DNA from: Candidatus Zixiibacteriota bacterium
Lineage (GTDB): Bacteria; RBG-13-66-14; B26-G2; WVWN01
Length of the DNA stretch: 64,000 nt
Assembly (NCBI GenBank): GCA_050117845.1
Contig: JASFLY010000001.1
Location: 284,845 to 348,844 of the forward strand
Direction: 5' to 3'
Part shown: positions 36,656-46,094 of the stretch, one piece after another
How the letters are laid out: every line of letters begins with the position of its first letter
How positions within the stretch are numbered: the stretch's first letter is position 1
Translations under genes and position numbers: made by a program
The notes under the pieces: generated by a model
Seen by the model: the letters and a program-made list of their open reading frames with translations, nothing else
Databases searched by the model: none
Told to the model about the DNA's origin: nothing

Positions 36656-37506
36656 CTCGCCTCACCCGCCTCTCGGTCCAGCCGGGCCAGGAGGCCGTCG
36701 AAGACGGGCCGGTAGGCCGGCAGTTCGTCCACGACGAGGCCCCCCTCGGCGTAGACCTCCGCTATGCCGCGGTCGTCCGGGAGTTCGGCCACTACCTCGA
36801 GGCCCTCTTTGTCGCAATAGGCGCGCAGTTCCTCCTCGCCCTCGCCGGCGCGGTTCACGACGACGCCCACCGGAAGGCCGAGTTCCCGCACCACGTCCAC
36901 GGCCAGGCCGAGGTCGTAAAGGCCGAAGGGGGTAGGCTCCGTCACCAGCAATACGTAATCGCTGCCGCGCGTCGCCTCCACCATGGCGCAAGCGGTGCCC
37001 GGCGGCGCGTCGACGAGCGTCAGGCCGTCAGCCGGGGCGCGGCGCCGCACCTCCCGGATGACGGGCCCGGCGCTCCGCTCACCCACCGCCAGCCGGCCCT
37101 CGACGAAATTCACGCCGCGGACTTCGCCGGTGCGGATCTCGCCGATGGCCCGGCCTATGGGATGGAGCGCGTCGTGCGGGCATACTTCCCAGCATCCGCC
37201 GCAGCCGTGGCAAAGTTCCGGGAAGGTCAGCACGCTCGCCTTGAGCGCGATTATGGCGTTGAACCGGCAGATATCGCCGCAACGGCCGCAGAAGTCGCAA
37301 CGCTCGGCGACCAGGGCCGGAACGTCGACGCTGAACTCCTCAGCCGCGAGTTCCTCGGCCTTGAGAAAGACGTAACAATCCGGGTCCTCGGCGTCGCAGT
37401 CGAGGAGCGTCACCGGCCGCCCGGACGCGGCCGCCGCGGCCGCGAGGTTTACCGCGAAAGTCGTCTTACCCGTTCCCCCCTTGCCGCTGGCTACGGTTAT
37501 ATGCAT
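36652..37506 (-). CDS. MinD-superfamily P-loop ATPase with 4Fe-4S insert (Orp3/Orp4-like)
   Basis: SGKGGTGKT, DCDAEDPD, CDFCGRCGDIC, CHGCGGCWEVCP, DAPPGTAC, EPTPFG. Confidence 0.88.
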   Translation of the reverse strand: MHITVASGKGGTGKTTFAVNLAAAAAASGRPVTLLDCDAEDPDCYVFLKAEELAAEEFSVDVPALVAERCDFCGRCGDICRFNAIIALKASVLTFPELCHGCGGCWEVCPHDALHPIGRAIGEIRTGEVRGVNFVEGRLAVGERSAGPVIREVRRRAPADGLTLVDAPPGTACAMVEATRGSDYVLLVTEPTPFGLYDLGLAVDVVRELGLPVGVVVNRAGEGEEELRAYCDKEGLEVVAELPDDRGIAEVYAEGGLVVDELPAYRPVFDGLLARLDREAGEAR

Positions 37507-37518
37507 GGCTTAATTCTC

Positions 37519-37809
37519 TTACCTCTGACGGGTCATGGAGGTTCCGCAAGTCGGGCACTTGGCCTCGTAGCACGGAACGCCTTGTTGATGGGGTGTCGTG
37601 GCGCCGCATTTCGGGCATACGCAATCGCCGCCGGGCCCCAAGCCCGAACCGCCGCCCAGGCCACGGCCTCCGCCGCGCCCCGCGCCCTGGCCTCCGCCTC
37701 GACCCTGACCGGCGCCCTTGCCCCGGCCGCCGGCGCTCTGGCCGCCGCCTTGACCCTGGCCGGCGCCCTTGCCCTGGCCGCCGCTGCCTTGTCCTTGTCC
37801 TCTTGGCAT
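37519..37809 (-). CDS. Gly/Gln-rich low-complexity protein with C-terminal Cys-rich metal-binding domain
   Basis: [13 protein letters not shown]... then [30 protein letters not shown]. Confidence 0.75.
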   Translation of the reverse strand: MPRGQGQGSGGQGKGAGQGQGGGQSAGGRGKGAGQGRGGGQGAGRGGGRGLGGGSGLGPGGDCVCPKCGATTPHQQGVPCYEAKCPTCGTSMTRQR

Positions 37810-37832
37810 TTTATCTCCTTTTCTTATCTTTT

Positions 37833-38201
37833 TTATTGCCCCATGCCGAAGTGGCCGGAGACGTTGGGCTCCGTCGCCTCTTCGTATTCGCCCGCGAGAA
37901 AGCGTTCGACCGCTTCGCGCACGGTCCCCGTAACGCCGACTATCGTCTTGACGCCGGCGCCCTGCAGGGTCCGGTGGGCCTTGGGGCCGCAGTTCCCGGT
38001 GAGTACCGCCGTCGCGCCCAATTCCGCCACCGCCTGGGCCGCCTGGGGCCCCGCGCCTCCGGCGGCCTCCGCCGCGGGATTCTCTACCGCCTCGAACGAC
38101 ATATCGTCCGTCTCGACTATCATAAAGTACGGCGCCCGGCCGAAACGCTCCTCGACCGCGACGTCCAGCCCTGGCTCGGCGGTGGTAACGGCCACCTTCA
38201 T
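37833..38201 (-). CDS. NifB/NifX-family cofactor-binding protein (orange-protein-like)
   Basis: [31 protein letters not shown]. Confidence 0.88.
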   Translation of the reverse strand: MKVAVTTAEPGLDVAVEERFGRAPYFMIVETDDMSFEAVENPAAEAAGGAGPQAAQAVAELGATAVLTGNCGPKAHRTLQGAGVKTIVGVTGTVREAVERFLAGEYEEATEPNVSGHFGMGQ

Positions 38202-38256
38202 ATACAACCTCCAAAATCCGATTTGCGAGGGGGCCGGCGGACGCCGGCCCGGTTCA

Positions 38257-38625
38257 TCACTTCTCTTTTTTAGACTCGGCCTCGAGTTCGGCGAGCCGCG
38301 CTTTAATCTCTTCGAGCGCCCGTTCGAACTGCGTCGCCTGGGCCTTCAGCATCTCGGCCTCAGCGGCCGGTTCGGCCGCCGGGGGCCACGTTCCGCCGGC
38401 CGGGGCGTAACCCGCCCGGGCCCAGCCCGGCAGGCCGGTGGCCCAGTACATATTGCGCCGTCCCCGGCCGCCGCCGAAACCGCCGCCGCGGCCCATGCCC
38501 CGGCCGTAGCCGAGACCCGGCCCCGGATTGGCGTAGCCCGGCGCCGCGTACCCGGAGCAATAACCCATGCCCCGGCCCGTACGCGGCCCCTGGCCCATCG
38601 GTCCGGTTCTATCTCCACCTGGCAT
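38257..38625 (-). CDS. DUF5320-family protein
   Basis: MPGGDRTGPMGQGPRTGRGMGYC, Gly/Arg-rich, WATGLPGW, C-terminal coiled coil. Confidence 0.85.
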   Translation of the reverse strand: MPGGDRTGPMGQGPRTGRGMGYCSGYAAPGYANPGPGLGYGRGMGRGGGFGGGRGRRNMYWATGLPGWARAGYAPAGGTWPPAAEPAAEAEMLKAQATQFERALEEIKARLAELEAESKKEK

Positions 38626-38627
38626 AT

Positions 38628-39017
38628 TCATTCCTCCTTTCCGTTGGTCTCGGGAAGCGGCTCGTTGTCGTCCGGTAGGCCGCCGCGATGACGGCCGGCT
38701 CCGCGGCCGTAGCGGCCACATCGCCCCCGGCCCTGCCGGCCGCAGCCCCGGATTTCCCAGCAGTCCTGCAGCTGAACCAACCGCCGCAGGCCCTCCACGC
38801 TTATCTTCTCGTCGTGGATGAGGTGCCGGATGCACTCGAGCCACTTCAAATCGTCCTCGTTGTAGTAACGCCGTCCCCGCCGGCGCCGCGGCGTCAACAG
38901 GCCCGCCTCTTCGTAGAGGCGAAGCGTGCGGGGGTGCACGCCCAGAAGCTCGGACGCAATGCCGATGGGGTACAAGCGTTCCTTTTCGTCGAGGTCGGTT
39001 GTCTGTTCTTCTTCCAT
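38628..39017 (-). CDS. MerR-family (HspR-like) transcriptional regulator with Cys-rich tail
   Basis: YPIGIASELLGVHPRTLRLYEEAGL; CWEIRGC...C. Confidence 0.85.
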   Translation of the reverse strand: MEEEQTTDLDEKERLYPIGIASELLGVHPRTLRLYEEAGLLTPRRRRGRRYYNEDDLKWLECIRHLIHDEKISVEGLRRLVQLQDCWEIRGCGRQGRGRCGRYGRGAGRHRGGLPDDNEPLPETNGKEE

Positions 39018-39025
39018 CAGTGTGT

Positions 39026-39054
39026 ATAATAATATTATAAACCACAGTTGTCAA
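39026..39054 (-). promoter_or_regulatory. Sigma70 promoter, probably leaderless
   Basis: TTGACA-17 nt-TATTAT; 8 nt between the -10 box and ATG 39017. Confidence 0.6.
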
Positions 39055-39074
39055 GAAAAATTTAAAGGGAAATG

Positions 39075-39260
39075 GTGGCACCGGCATTCCTGCCGGTGAA
39101 AAAAAAGCGACGTCGGATGGTAACATCCGACGCCACCTGAAGAAAAAAACGGGGCCGTAGGGGCGTATGGCCATACGCCCCACGAACGTTGATTAGGCCG
39201 CGGGCCCCGGGGGTACTCTGAAACCGCGCTGTAGACAGGGGGCTTAAGCCCCCTGTCCGA
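39075..39260. repeat. Mosaic of REP-like palindromes
   Basis: CACCGGCATTCCTGCCGGTG, CGTCGGATGGTAACATCCGACG, GTAGGGGCGTATGGCCATACGCCCC, GTAGACAGGGGGCTTAAGCCCCCTGTC. Confidence 0.8.
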
Positions 39261-39375
39261 AACCTTCCACCGCCCCGTTTACGCCGGTTACCCTTGCAAT
39301 CGTAGCCGGGTTATTATAACGTGGACGGCGAGGGGGAACACGGAGCCCACACGCAACTCGAGACAGGAGGACCGC

Positions 39376-39729
39376 ATGGCCGGACTGCAACCGGGCGCTT
39401 CGCCCGTCGAGGTCGCCGACGAATTCTACGCCGCGCTCGTCGCCGGCGACATGGAGAGGTTCAAAGCCACCGTCAAGGCGCAATACCGCCGGCAGATGGA
39501 ACGGGCGCGTGGCGCCTCACCCGAGTTCTGGTGGAACGCCGGCCGGCGTTACGTGGAGGAGTACGGCGTGCGCTGGGAGTTCGACCACGCCGCCGAGGAG
39601 GAGGCCGCCCACGTCAAGCTCTTCTACCGGCGCATCCAGGCCGACGGCAGCCAGCGCGGCAGCCCCCTCCCCATCCACCTCGTCGTGGACGACGACGGCG
39701 AGTGGCGCGTCGACGTCGCGTCGGTCTAA
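39376..39729 (+). CDS. Hypothetical protein (possibly NTF2-like fold)
   Basis: RBS AGGAGG; SPVEVADEFYAALVAGD...DDGEWRV pattern. Confidence 0.7.
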   Translation: MAGLQPGASPVEVADEFYAALVAGDMERFKATVKAQYRRQMERARGASPEFWWNAGRRYVEEYGVRWEFDHAAEEEAAHVKLFYRRIQADGSQRGSPLPIHLVVDDDGEWRVDVASV

Positions 39730-39739
39730 CGAGCAGTCG

Positions 39740-39840
39740 TGCCACCGGCATTCCTGCCGGTGATCCGATAAAAAATGTAGGGGCTGGCCTTCAGGCCGGC
39801 CCGTTTTCCATCACGGCGGCCGTAAAGGCCGCCGTTTCGC
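39740..39840. repeat. Mosaic of REP-like palindromes
   Basis: CACCGGCATTCCTGCCGGTG, GTAGGGGCTGGCCTTCAGGCCGGCCC, ACGGCGGCCGTAAAGGCCGCCGT. Confidence 0.8.
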
Positions 39841-39856
39841 GTTAACTCAATAGGTG

Positions 39857-40825
39857 CTAATGAAACAAAGCTTTCACCTTGCCGACGGACGCCGGCTTGA
39901 TACCGCTCGTATTGTAGTAGAAATATTGGACGCGGTCGTTGTCCATATCGGCGACATAAATCCGGCTTCCTGAGGGCGAAAAGCATATACCCCTGGGGTA
40001 GTTGAATTCCCCGTTTCCGCTGCCGGAGGAACCCCACCTACCCAAGTAAGATCCCACAGAAGTAAAGTACTGGATGCGGGTATACGAGGTTTGGGTGACG
40101 TAGATGTAGTTGTTTGGACCGGCCGTAATACCCGACGGGAAACGAAATTGGCCTTCCCCGGAACCGTACGAACCCCATTTACCAACGAAAGAACCTGTCG
40201 CCGTGAAATACTGTATCCGGTAGTTCCAAACGTCAACGGCATATACGTACCCGTTATCGGCTACGGTTACGTCAGCGACTTCGTCGAATTGCCCGTTGCC
40301 TGGACCGGAGGTGCCCCATTGACCCAGAAAAGAACCGTTTGCTGTGAAATATTGGACACAATCGTTAAAACAGTCGGCTACATAAACGTCACCGTTTGCA
40401 GCTACCGCAATGCCCATAGGGTAATGGAATCCGCCGTTTCCTGTACCTCTCGTACCCCATTTACCCAAGAAAGAACCCGTAGCGGTGAAGTACTGGACCC
40501 GGTCATTTTCTGAATCTACCACATAAACGTTACCATTCGGCGCTACGGTAATCCCGTGAGGCGCGTCGAACTCCCCGTCGCCCGAACCATTAACGCCCCA
40601 TTTCCCTAAATACGACCCCGTAGGCGTAAAGTATTGGACGCGGCTATTTAAAACGTCCACCACGTAAACGTTGCCGTTCGAAGCTACGCCCATACCCCAA
40701 GGAGCCCTAAACTGGCCGTTACCCGACCCGGTAGAACCCCATTTACCCTCAAATACCCAGTCCGCGCAAACGCCACTTACTACGAAAACTGCACTTAAAA
40801 TTACTATAACCGTTAACGTTTTCAT
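39857..40825 (-). CDS. Secreted NHL-repeat beta-propeller protein with conserved C-terminal tail
   Basis: Signal peptide, six NHL repeats, ends IKPASVGKVKALFH. Confidence 0.88.
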   Translation of the reverse strand: MKTLTVIVILSAVFVVSGVCADWVFEGKWGSTGSGNGQFRAPWGMGVASNGNVYVVDVLNSRVQYFTPTGSYLGKWGVNGSGDGEFDAPHGITVAPNGNVYVVDSENDRVQYFTATGSFLGKWGTRGTGNGGFHYPMGIAVAANGDVYVADCFNDCVQYFTANGSFLGQWGTSGPGNGQFDEVADVTVADNGYVYAVDVWNYRIQYFTATGSFVGKWGSYGSGEGQFRFPSGITAGPNNYIYVTQTSYTRIQYFTSVGSYLGRWGSSGSGNGEFNYPRGICFSPSGSRIYVADMDNDRVQYFYYNTSGIKPASVGKVKALFH

Positions 40826-40940
40826 CACGCGTCCTCCTCCGAAACTGCCGGGCCAACCGCGGAAAAGAAATAACCCGTCCTTTTGACCTCGGCAAAGCGG
40901 ATCTCCTTCCGTACCGCTTCCCTATTTCGGCTTATCTCTG

Positions 40941-42128
40941 TTATCCTTCTCCCCCCACGACCGCCTCGATGATGTCCTCCCACGCGCGGACGTACGCGTC
41001 CCAGGTGTAGCCGCTCTCCACCTTGGCCCGGCCCGACCGGCCCAGCTCCGCCCGGCGCTCCGGGTCCCGCAACAGCTTGACTATCTCCGCCGCCAGGTTC
41101 TCCGCGCCGTCGGCCACGACGAAGTCCCGCCCCGGCTCGAGTAGGTCCATGCCGTCCGCGCCCACCGACGTGCTGACGACCGGCAGCGCCGCGGCCAGCG
41201 CCTCCACTATCTTCATCTTCATGCCGGAGCCGAGGCGCATCGGGCACACGTAAATCTCCATACTCCGGATGTACTCGATGACGTCGGGCACGCGGCCCGT
41301 GACGACGATGCCCGGCCGCGCCGCCATCGCCTCTATCTCGGGCACCGGCTCCTTGCCGACGACGTGGAAGGTCGCCTCCGGGACCTCGCGTTGCACGAGC
41401 GGGAAGACGTCATCCGCGAAGTAGGTCACGCAGTCGATATTGGGCGGGTAGTACATGACGCCCGAGAAGCATATCGTGTTCGGCTGCTTCGGGACCTCCT
41501 TATGGGGCGGCATATCGACGCCGGAGTACGCGAAGTAGATGGGGAGTTCCGGGCACGCGGCGCCGATTATCTCGGCGTCGCGGCGGGCCACGAGGACGCA
41601 GGCGTCGAAGCGGCCGTACATCAGCCGTTCGTAGCGCCTGAGCTTATGGTGTTGGATAAAGCTGTATAGGAACGCGAACGGGTTCCCGGCGTGCTGCATC
41701 TGCCGCCGGTAGTAAAGCGACCACGCGTCCTGGGGGAAGAGGATACGGGGCGTACCCGTGAGGGCCGCGGTGTACTGGGCCATGTTGACGTTGCCGGCGA
41801 CGATGACGTCGAACTCCTCCCGGGCCAACAAATCCCGCAGCGCCTCGGCGTAGGCCGCGCTTTTGAATATCTGGACGCCGAAGGGCCGGGATGACAGGAA
41901 GGACACCAGCCGCCGCAGCGCCGTCTTCCGGACCTCGTGCCCGACGACGATTAACTCCCGGACCATATCGGCGACCGCCCGCACGCCCTCCTCCTCGCCG
42001 CCCGGCGACATCGCCAGCACCGTGACGTCGTGCCGTCCCTGAAAGCGCCGCAGGAGGTGATAGTAGCAGGCCCGATTGGAATCGGTCGGCGGGTACGGTA
42101 TTTCGGATGCCAGGACGAGTATCTTCAT
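40941..42128 (-). CDS. GT4-family glycosyltransferase
   Basis: PYPP, FSGVMYYPPNID, GSGMKMKIVEALAAALPVVST. Confidence 0.88.
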   Translation of the reverse strand: MKILVLASEIPYPPTDSNRACYYHLLRRFQGRHDVTVLAMSPGGEEEGVRAVADMVRELIVVGHEVRKTALRRLVSFLSSRPFGVQIFKSAAYAEALRDLLAREEFDVIVAGNVNMAQYTAALTGTPRILFPQDAWSLYYRRQMQHAGNPFAFLYSFIQHHKLRRYERLMYGRFDACVLVARRDAEIIGAACPELPIYFAYSGVDMPPHKEVPKQPNTICFSGVMYYPPNIDCVTYFADDVFPLVQREVPEATFHVVGKEPVPEIEAMAARPGIVVTGRVPDVIEYIRSMEIYVCPMRLGSGMKMKIVEALAAALPVVSTSVGADGMDLLEPGRDFVVADGAENLAAEIVKLLRDPERRAELGRSGRAKVESGYTWDAYVRAWEDIIEAVVGGEG

Positions 42129-42178
42129 TTAATTAAAACCGTGTACGAGTCCGCGGGCGAAATCAACCGGGCGACGTT

Positions 42179-43306
42179 TTACCGTTCGCCGTTTCGCGCG
42201 GCCTTCCGGTAAATATCGAGCGTGGCTCCGGCCATTCGTTCGGGCGAATATTTTTTTACGTGCTCGCGGCCCGCGGCGGCCAGCGTCCGGCGGGCCCCTT
42301 CGTCCCGGGACAGGGCGACCATCGCGTCGGCCAACGCCGCCGCGTCCGTCTCGACGTAATGGGCGGCGTCGCCGCACGTCTCGGGCAGCGCCCCCCGGCG
42401 CGACGAGACGACCGGTACGCCCACCGCCATGGCCTCCAGCGCCGGCAGGCCGAACCCCTCGTACAACGACGGGTAAACCAACAGTTCCGCCCCGGCTACG
42501 AGGCGCGCGTGGTCGGCCGGTGGGAGGTAGGACTGGACGCGGGTGTCACCCGCCCCGGCGGCCGCGACCCATCCCCGCACCGTACTCTCGTCGTCGCGGG
42601 CGATGCCGGCCACGACGAGCGGCGGCAGGTCGCCGGCCTCGGCGGCCCGGCCGTAACCCTCGACGACGTTCCGCGTATTCTTGCGCGGGAACGCCGCGCC
42701 GAAGTGCAACAGGTACCGCTCCGGCAGGCCGAGGCGTTCCCGGAACTCGCTCAGTTCGGCCGCCGAACGCTGTTCGAAGAAGATGGGGTCCACCGCCTCC
42801 GGGACGACGGTCATCCGCTCCGCGACCTCGGGGCCCAGCTTCTCCCGAATGTCGTTGGCCGACGTTTCCGAAACGGTTATGACCGTCTCGCAATGGCGGG
42901 CCGCCCGGCGCAGGACCCACGACTGGTACACGTAATACCGGTTCGCGGTCCACGTGTGGAACTCGCGCTCGAACATCATGGCGTCGTGGAGCGTGAGGAC
43001 AGTGGGGCCGGGGAGCCGGTACGGCAGGGCGTTCCCCGGCGCGTGGAAGACCCGGGCGCCCGAGCGCCGCGCCTCCCGCGGCAGCGCGCATTGCTCCCAG
43101 GTATAAACCGTCGGCGACGTCACGACGACGACGCGGTAATAGAAGCCGGCGTACGGGAGCTCCAACTCCCGGTCCGTCAGGAAGACGAAGGCCGGCGGGT
43201 CCGGCATCGCCTCCATGCCGGAGAGGAGCGTGTGGAGATAGCGGCCTATCCCCTTGCGCTCGCCGCCCAGGTAGCGGGCGTCCATGGCTACGGTCAACTC
43301 GGCCAT
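42179..43306 (-). CDS. GT4-family glycosyltransferase
   Basis: GIGRY, LTLHD, PRKN, YPSLYEGFGLPALEAMA. Confidence 0.9.
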   Translation of the reverse strand: MAELTVAMDARYLGGERKGIGRYLHTLLSGMEAMPDPPAFVFLTDRELELPYAGFYYRVVVVTSPTVYTWEQCALPREARRSGARVFHAPGNALPYRLPGPTVLTLHDAMMFEREFHTWTANRYYVYQSWVLRRAARHCETVITVSETSANDIREKLGPEVAERMTVVPEAVDPIFFEQRSAAELSEFRERLGLPERYLLHFGAAFPRKNTRNVVEGYGRAAEAGDLPPLVVAGIARDDESTVRGWVAAAGAGDTRVQSYLPPADHARLVAGAELLVYPSLYEGFGLPALEAMAVGVPVVSSRRGALPETCGDAAHYVETDAAALADAMVALSRDEGARRTLAAAGREHVKKYSPERMAGATLDIYRKAARNGER

Positions 43307-43318
43307 ACTTGGCCCGGC

Positions 43319-44251
43319 CTATCCTTCTCCCTCGGCCAGCACTTCATTATACAATTCTACAAGGCGGCCGGCCACGGCCTTCACGCCGTACGGCGCTACC
43401 GGCGCGGGATTTACGGGCGGCAGCGCGAGTGCGTCGAGTATGCCGGCGGCGATGTCCGCCGCGCCGTCGCCCACGGAGAGGCAGGACGGGCACGCGTCCA
43501 GGAAATCCACGTCGCCCACGCGGCGGCTGACCACCGGCCGGCCGGAGGCCACGGCCTCCTTGACGGTCAACGGCCCCAGTTCCACGTCCGCCGTGACGGC
43601 CAGCACGTCGGCCGCGCCGAAATAGAGCGGCACCTTCTCGGCCGGCGCCGGGAAGAACGTCAACAGTTCCAGCGTCTCGTCGTCCCGCCGGGCCAGGTCC
43701 ACGGCCTCCCGGGCCAGGTCGAAACGTTTGGACTGGCGGCCGGGGTCCGCGGCGAAGAGGACGTATTTCTTGTCGGCGTCGAGGCCGAGTTCCCGCCGGG
43801 CCTCCCCTTTGTCGCGGGGAAAGAAACGCTCGAGGTCGGTACCCATGGGTATGGAGACGTAGTCGACGCCGCCCAGGGCGCGGGCGGCCGCGGGCGTCAC
43901 GGCCACGAAGCGGTCCACCCGCCGCGCCACGTAGCGGGCGAAACAGCGGTAGAGCGGGCTCGTCACCACCGGGTTGTCGTGGACCGTCATGACGAGCGGC
44001 CTGCAGCCGGCGAAGAGGGCCGCCGCCGCGGCGTACGCGTGGTGCGCGTGGAAGAGGTCGTAGTCGCCTCGCAACGCCTTGAGTTCGCGCCGGGCCCGGC
44101 AATAGGCCGACTTGCCCCGGTACCCCTCGATGAAGTGCACGTCCACGGCGACGCCGGCGGCGCGGAGGGACTCCACCTGCTCATAGACGAAGGCCCCGAA
44201 GGAGGGGTCCTCCGGCAGGGGGTACATGTTGGTTACGACGAGGAGGCGCAT
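43319..44251 (-). CDS. GT4-family glycosyltransferase
   Basis: MRLLVVTNMYP, FHAH, KRFDLA, ELGPLTVKEAVASGRPVVS. Confidence 0.85.
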   Translation of the reverse strand: MRLLVVTNMYPLPEDPSFGAFVYEQVESLRAAGVAVDVHFIEGYRGKSAYCRARRELKALRGDYDLFHAHHAYAAAAALFAGCRPLVMTVHDNPVVTSPLYRCFARYVARRVDRFVAVTPAAARALGGVDYVSIPMGTDLERFFPRDKGEARRELGLDADKKYVLFAADPGRQSKRFDLAREAVDLARRDDETLELLTFFPAPAEKVPLYFGAADVLAVTADVELGPLTVKEAVASGRPVVSRRVGDVDFLDACPSCLSVGDGAADIAAGILDALALPPVNPAPVAPYGVKAVAGRLVELYNEVLAEGEG

Positions 44252-44354
44252 AGGCGTCGGGGACGGCAATAAAAACGACAGACGTCGAGGCCGACGTCCG
44301 TCCGGTTCCGACCGGGTAAACGCCTATTATATACACACTTCGGCCTTTTGCAAC

Positions 44355-44500
44355 AAAAAAGAGGCCGCCCGAGGGCGGCCTTCTTATCGCAAACGTATTC
44401 AAAAAACCGATCATATAAGACACCTTTAAGAAAAGGATCTGCTCGGCGAGGAGGAAGTGGCCGGTGGAGTCGCGGCGACCGAGCGGTCGTCTTCCCGGGG
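44355..44500 (-). pseudogene. 3' remnant (plus terminator) of a paralog of the 46095-48212 gene
   Basis: Encodes RRDSTGHFLLAEQILFLKVSYMIGF; the hairpin AAAAAAGAGGCCGCCCGAGGGCGGCCTTC is identical to 46049-46077. Confidence 0.75.
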
Positions 44501-44580
44501 AACGGCGTAAAAAAGTATAGAAATACCGAAACGGATATTTTATATTACAAAAACGAACGGCAAATGATATAGGAGGCGAT

Positions 44581-44818
44581 TTGAACACTCTCTACTACGG
44601 GGACAATCTGGACATCATGTGCGAGTACGTCGCCGACGAGTCGGTCGACCTCATCTATCCCTCCCGGAGGTCGCCCGCACCTATCCCAAGGTCCAGGTCC
44701 TCACCGTCGCCGACTACTTCGACGGCCTCCGCCCCGACCTCCCCGACACCAGCGAGACCCTCAAGAAGGCCCCGCAGATAAAACGCGAGAAGGGCAAGAA
44801 CAGCAGTTGCCGTTGTAA
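44581..44818 (+). pseudogene. Internally deleted DNA methyltransferase gene
   Basis: RBS AGGAGG; NTLYYGDNLDIM..YVADESVDLIY joined out of frame to a C-terminal YPKVQVLTVADYFDGLRPDLP..TLKKAP segment; DPPF/Y motif absent. Confidence 0.7.
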
Positions 44819-44838
44819 AAATAGAAGGGGAGGACAGA

Positions 44839-45849
44839 ATGCGACTACCCATATCGAAAGACGATTTTCCTAAAGCTATATATTTCGACCAGAACATTTG
44901 GTCGAATCTATCAAAGGCATATTATAGTGGTTTTAAGGGTAGTATACAGAAACCGGTTTTTAACGCTATTATAGCTTCCGTTTTTAACGAAAAGGCTATA
45001 TATCCATTAAGTTTCATACATTTTGAAGAGATACATCAGATATTGTGCCTCGGCAAAAGGTATAAACTTAGTAGGTTTGCTTTAAGTATATCAAGAGGTT
45101 TGTCTATCCTTAATACGATTTTCGTTTTTCAATACGAAATCGTAAATGCGATTAGAGAAAAAATTAATTCGGTCCAATTAATAGATCCGCCTTCTCCCGT
45201 ATTACCTTATCCCATCCGCGAATTATTAATTTTGCCAGGCGTCGCTTTCGTATTAGGGATACCGGAGGTGGAAGGGGCACCAACCGACTTGGTTCAAGAT
45301 TTCTATCGGGAATTAATGAAGCCCAGAACATCGTTAATGGGTTTGATATTCCCGTTAAAAAATAGCGTCGGGGATTCTTTAGTCGAAGGTGCCGAAAAGG
45401 TCGAAGCAGCGGGTAAACGTGCGCTTAAAGACGGTATCTCTACCAAGACTTGGATAAAGTCCGAAGTCTTAGAATTCTTCAAAGCCGAATCGAACGCTCA
45501 AGTGATATTGGAAGAATTGAAGAGGTTAGGGATCCCGAAAGAAGTTTTTTTAGGGCTATTCGAAAAACCAAACGACTATGTTGACTTTTTTAATAACGTG
45601 CATTCGTACTCGGCAGCGTCTTATTTATTTATCGAGCACCATAAAAACACCGGCGGTAAAACTATAAAAAACGATTTAAATGACGTTTGGTTTTTATCCT
45701 CAGCGATTCCTTACTTCAATGGTATTGTAATGGAGAAACATTGGGCCGCTATGGCGAAACAGGCGGGTTTAGATAAACAATACGATACGAAAATAATATC
45801 CAAGATTAACGAAATCCCCCATTTATTAACGGACCTCGGTTGTATATAA
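44839..45849 (+). CDS. AT-rich hypothetical protein, possibly PIN-like
   Basis: RBS GGGGAGG; IYFDQNIW...HFEE...NDLNDVWFLSSAIPY acidic pattern. Confidence 0.7.
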   Translation: MRLPISKDDFPKAIYFDQNIWSNLSKAYYSGFKGSIQKPVFNAIIASVFNEKAIYPLSFIHFEEIHQILCLGKRYKLSRFALSISRGLSILNTIFVFQYEIVNAIREKINSVQLIDPPSPVLPYPIRELLILPGVAFVLGIPEVEGAPTDLVQDFYRELMKPRTSLMGLIFPLKNSVGDSLVEGAEKVEAAGKRALKDGISTKTWIKSEVLEFFKAESNAQVILEELKRLGIPKEVFLGLFEKPNDYVDFFNNVHSYSAASYLFIEHHKNTGGKTIKNDLNDVWFLSSAIPYFNGIVMEKHWAAMAKQAGLDKQYDTKIISKINEIPHLLTDLGCI

Positions 45850-45861
45850 TATCCGGTTACG

Positions 45862-46045
45862 AGCGTCGGATGGTAACATCCGACGCCACAGGGGGAGAAC
45901 CACCGGCGGGAATGCCGGCGCGGTGTTTTGGACAGTGGGCTTAAGCCCACTGTCTGCGCGGCCGACGGGAATGTCGGTGCCACTGGCCCGGAGGTCACCG
46001 ACACGAATGTCGGTGCCATAGGCCCGTACCTTCAGGTGCGGCCTC
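45862..46045. repeat. Mosaic of REP-like palindromes
   Basis: GCGTCGGATGGTAACATCCGACGC, CCGGCGGGAATGCCGG, GACAGTGGGCTTAAGCCCACTGTC, CACCGACACGAATGTCGGTG. Confidence 0.8.
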
Positions 46046-46046
46046 C

Positions 46047-46077
46047 GAAAAAAAGAGGCCGCCCGAGGGCGGCCTTC
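46047..46077 (-). terminator. Intrinsic terminator of 46095-48212
   Basis: GC hairpin followed by a U-run on the minus strand. Confidence 0.7.
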
Positions 46078-46094
46078 CCCGCATATCCATATTA

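Noticed and set aside
37519..38214. 231-aa ORF spanning the NifX-like gene
   Set aside because: Only the last 96 aa (from ATG 37809, with an RBS) look real; the upstream part is an alternate frame of the NifX-like gene.
44500..46050. Integron cassette array with attC sites
   Set aside because: There is no integron integrase in the window, and no consistent RYYYAAC...GTTRRRY-bounded sites after the cargo genes were seen.
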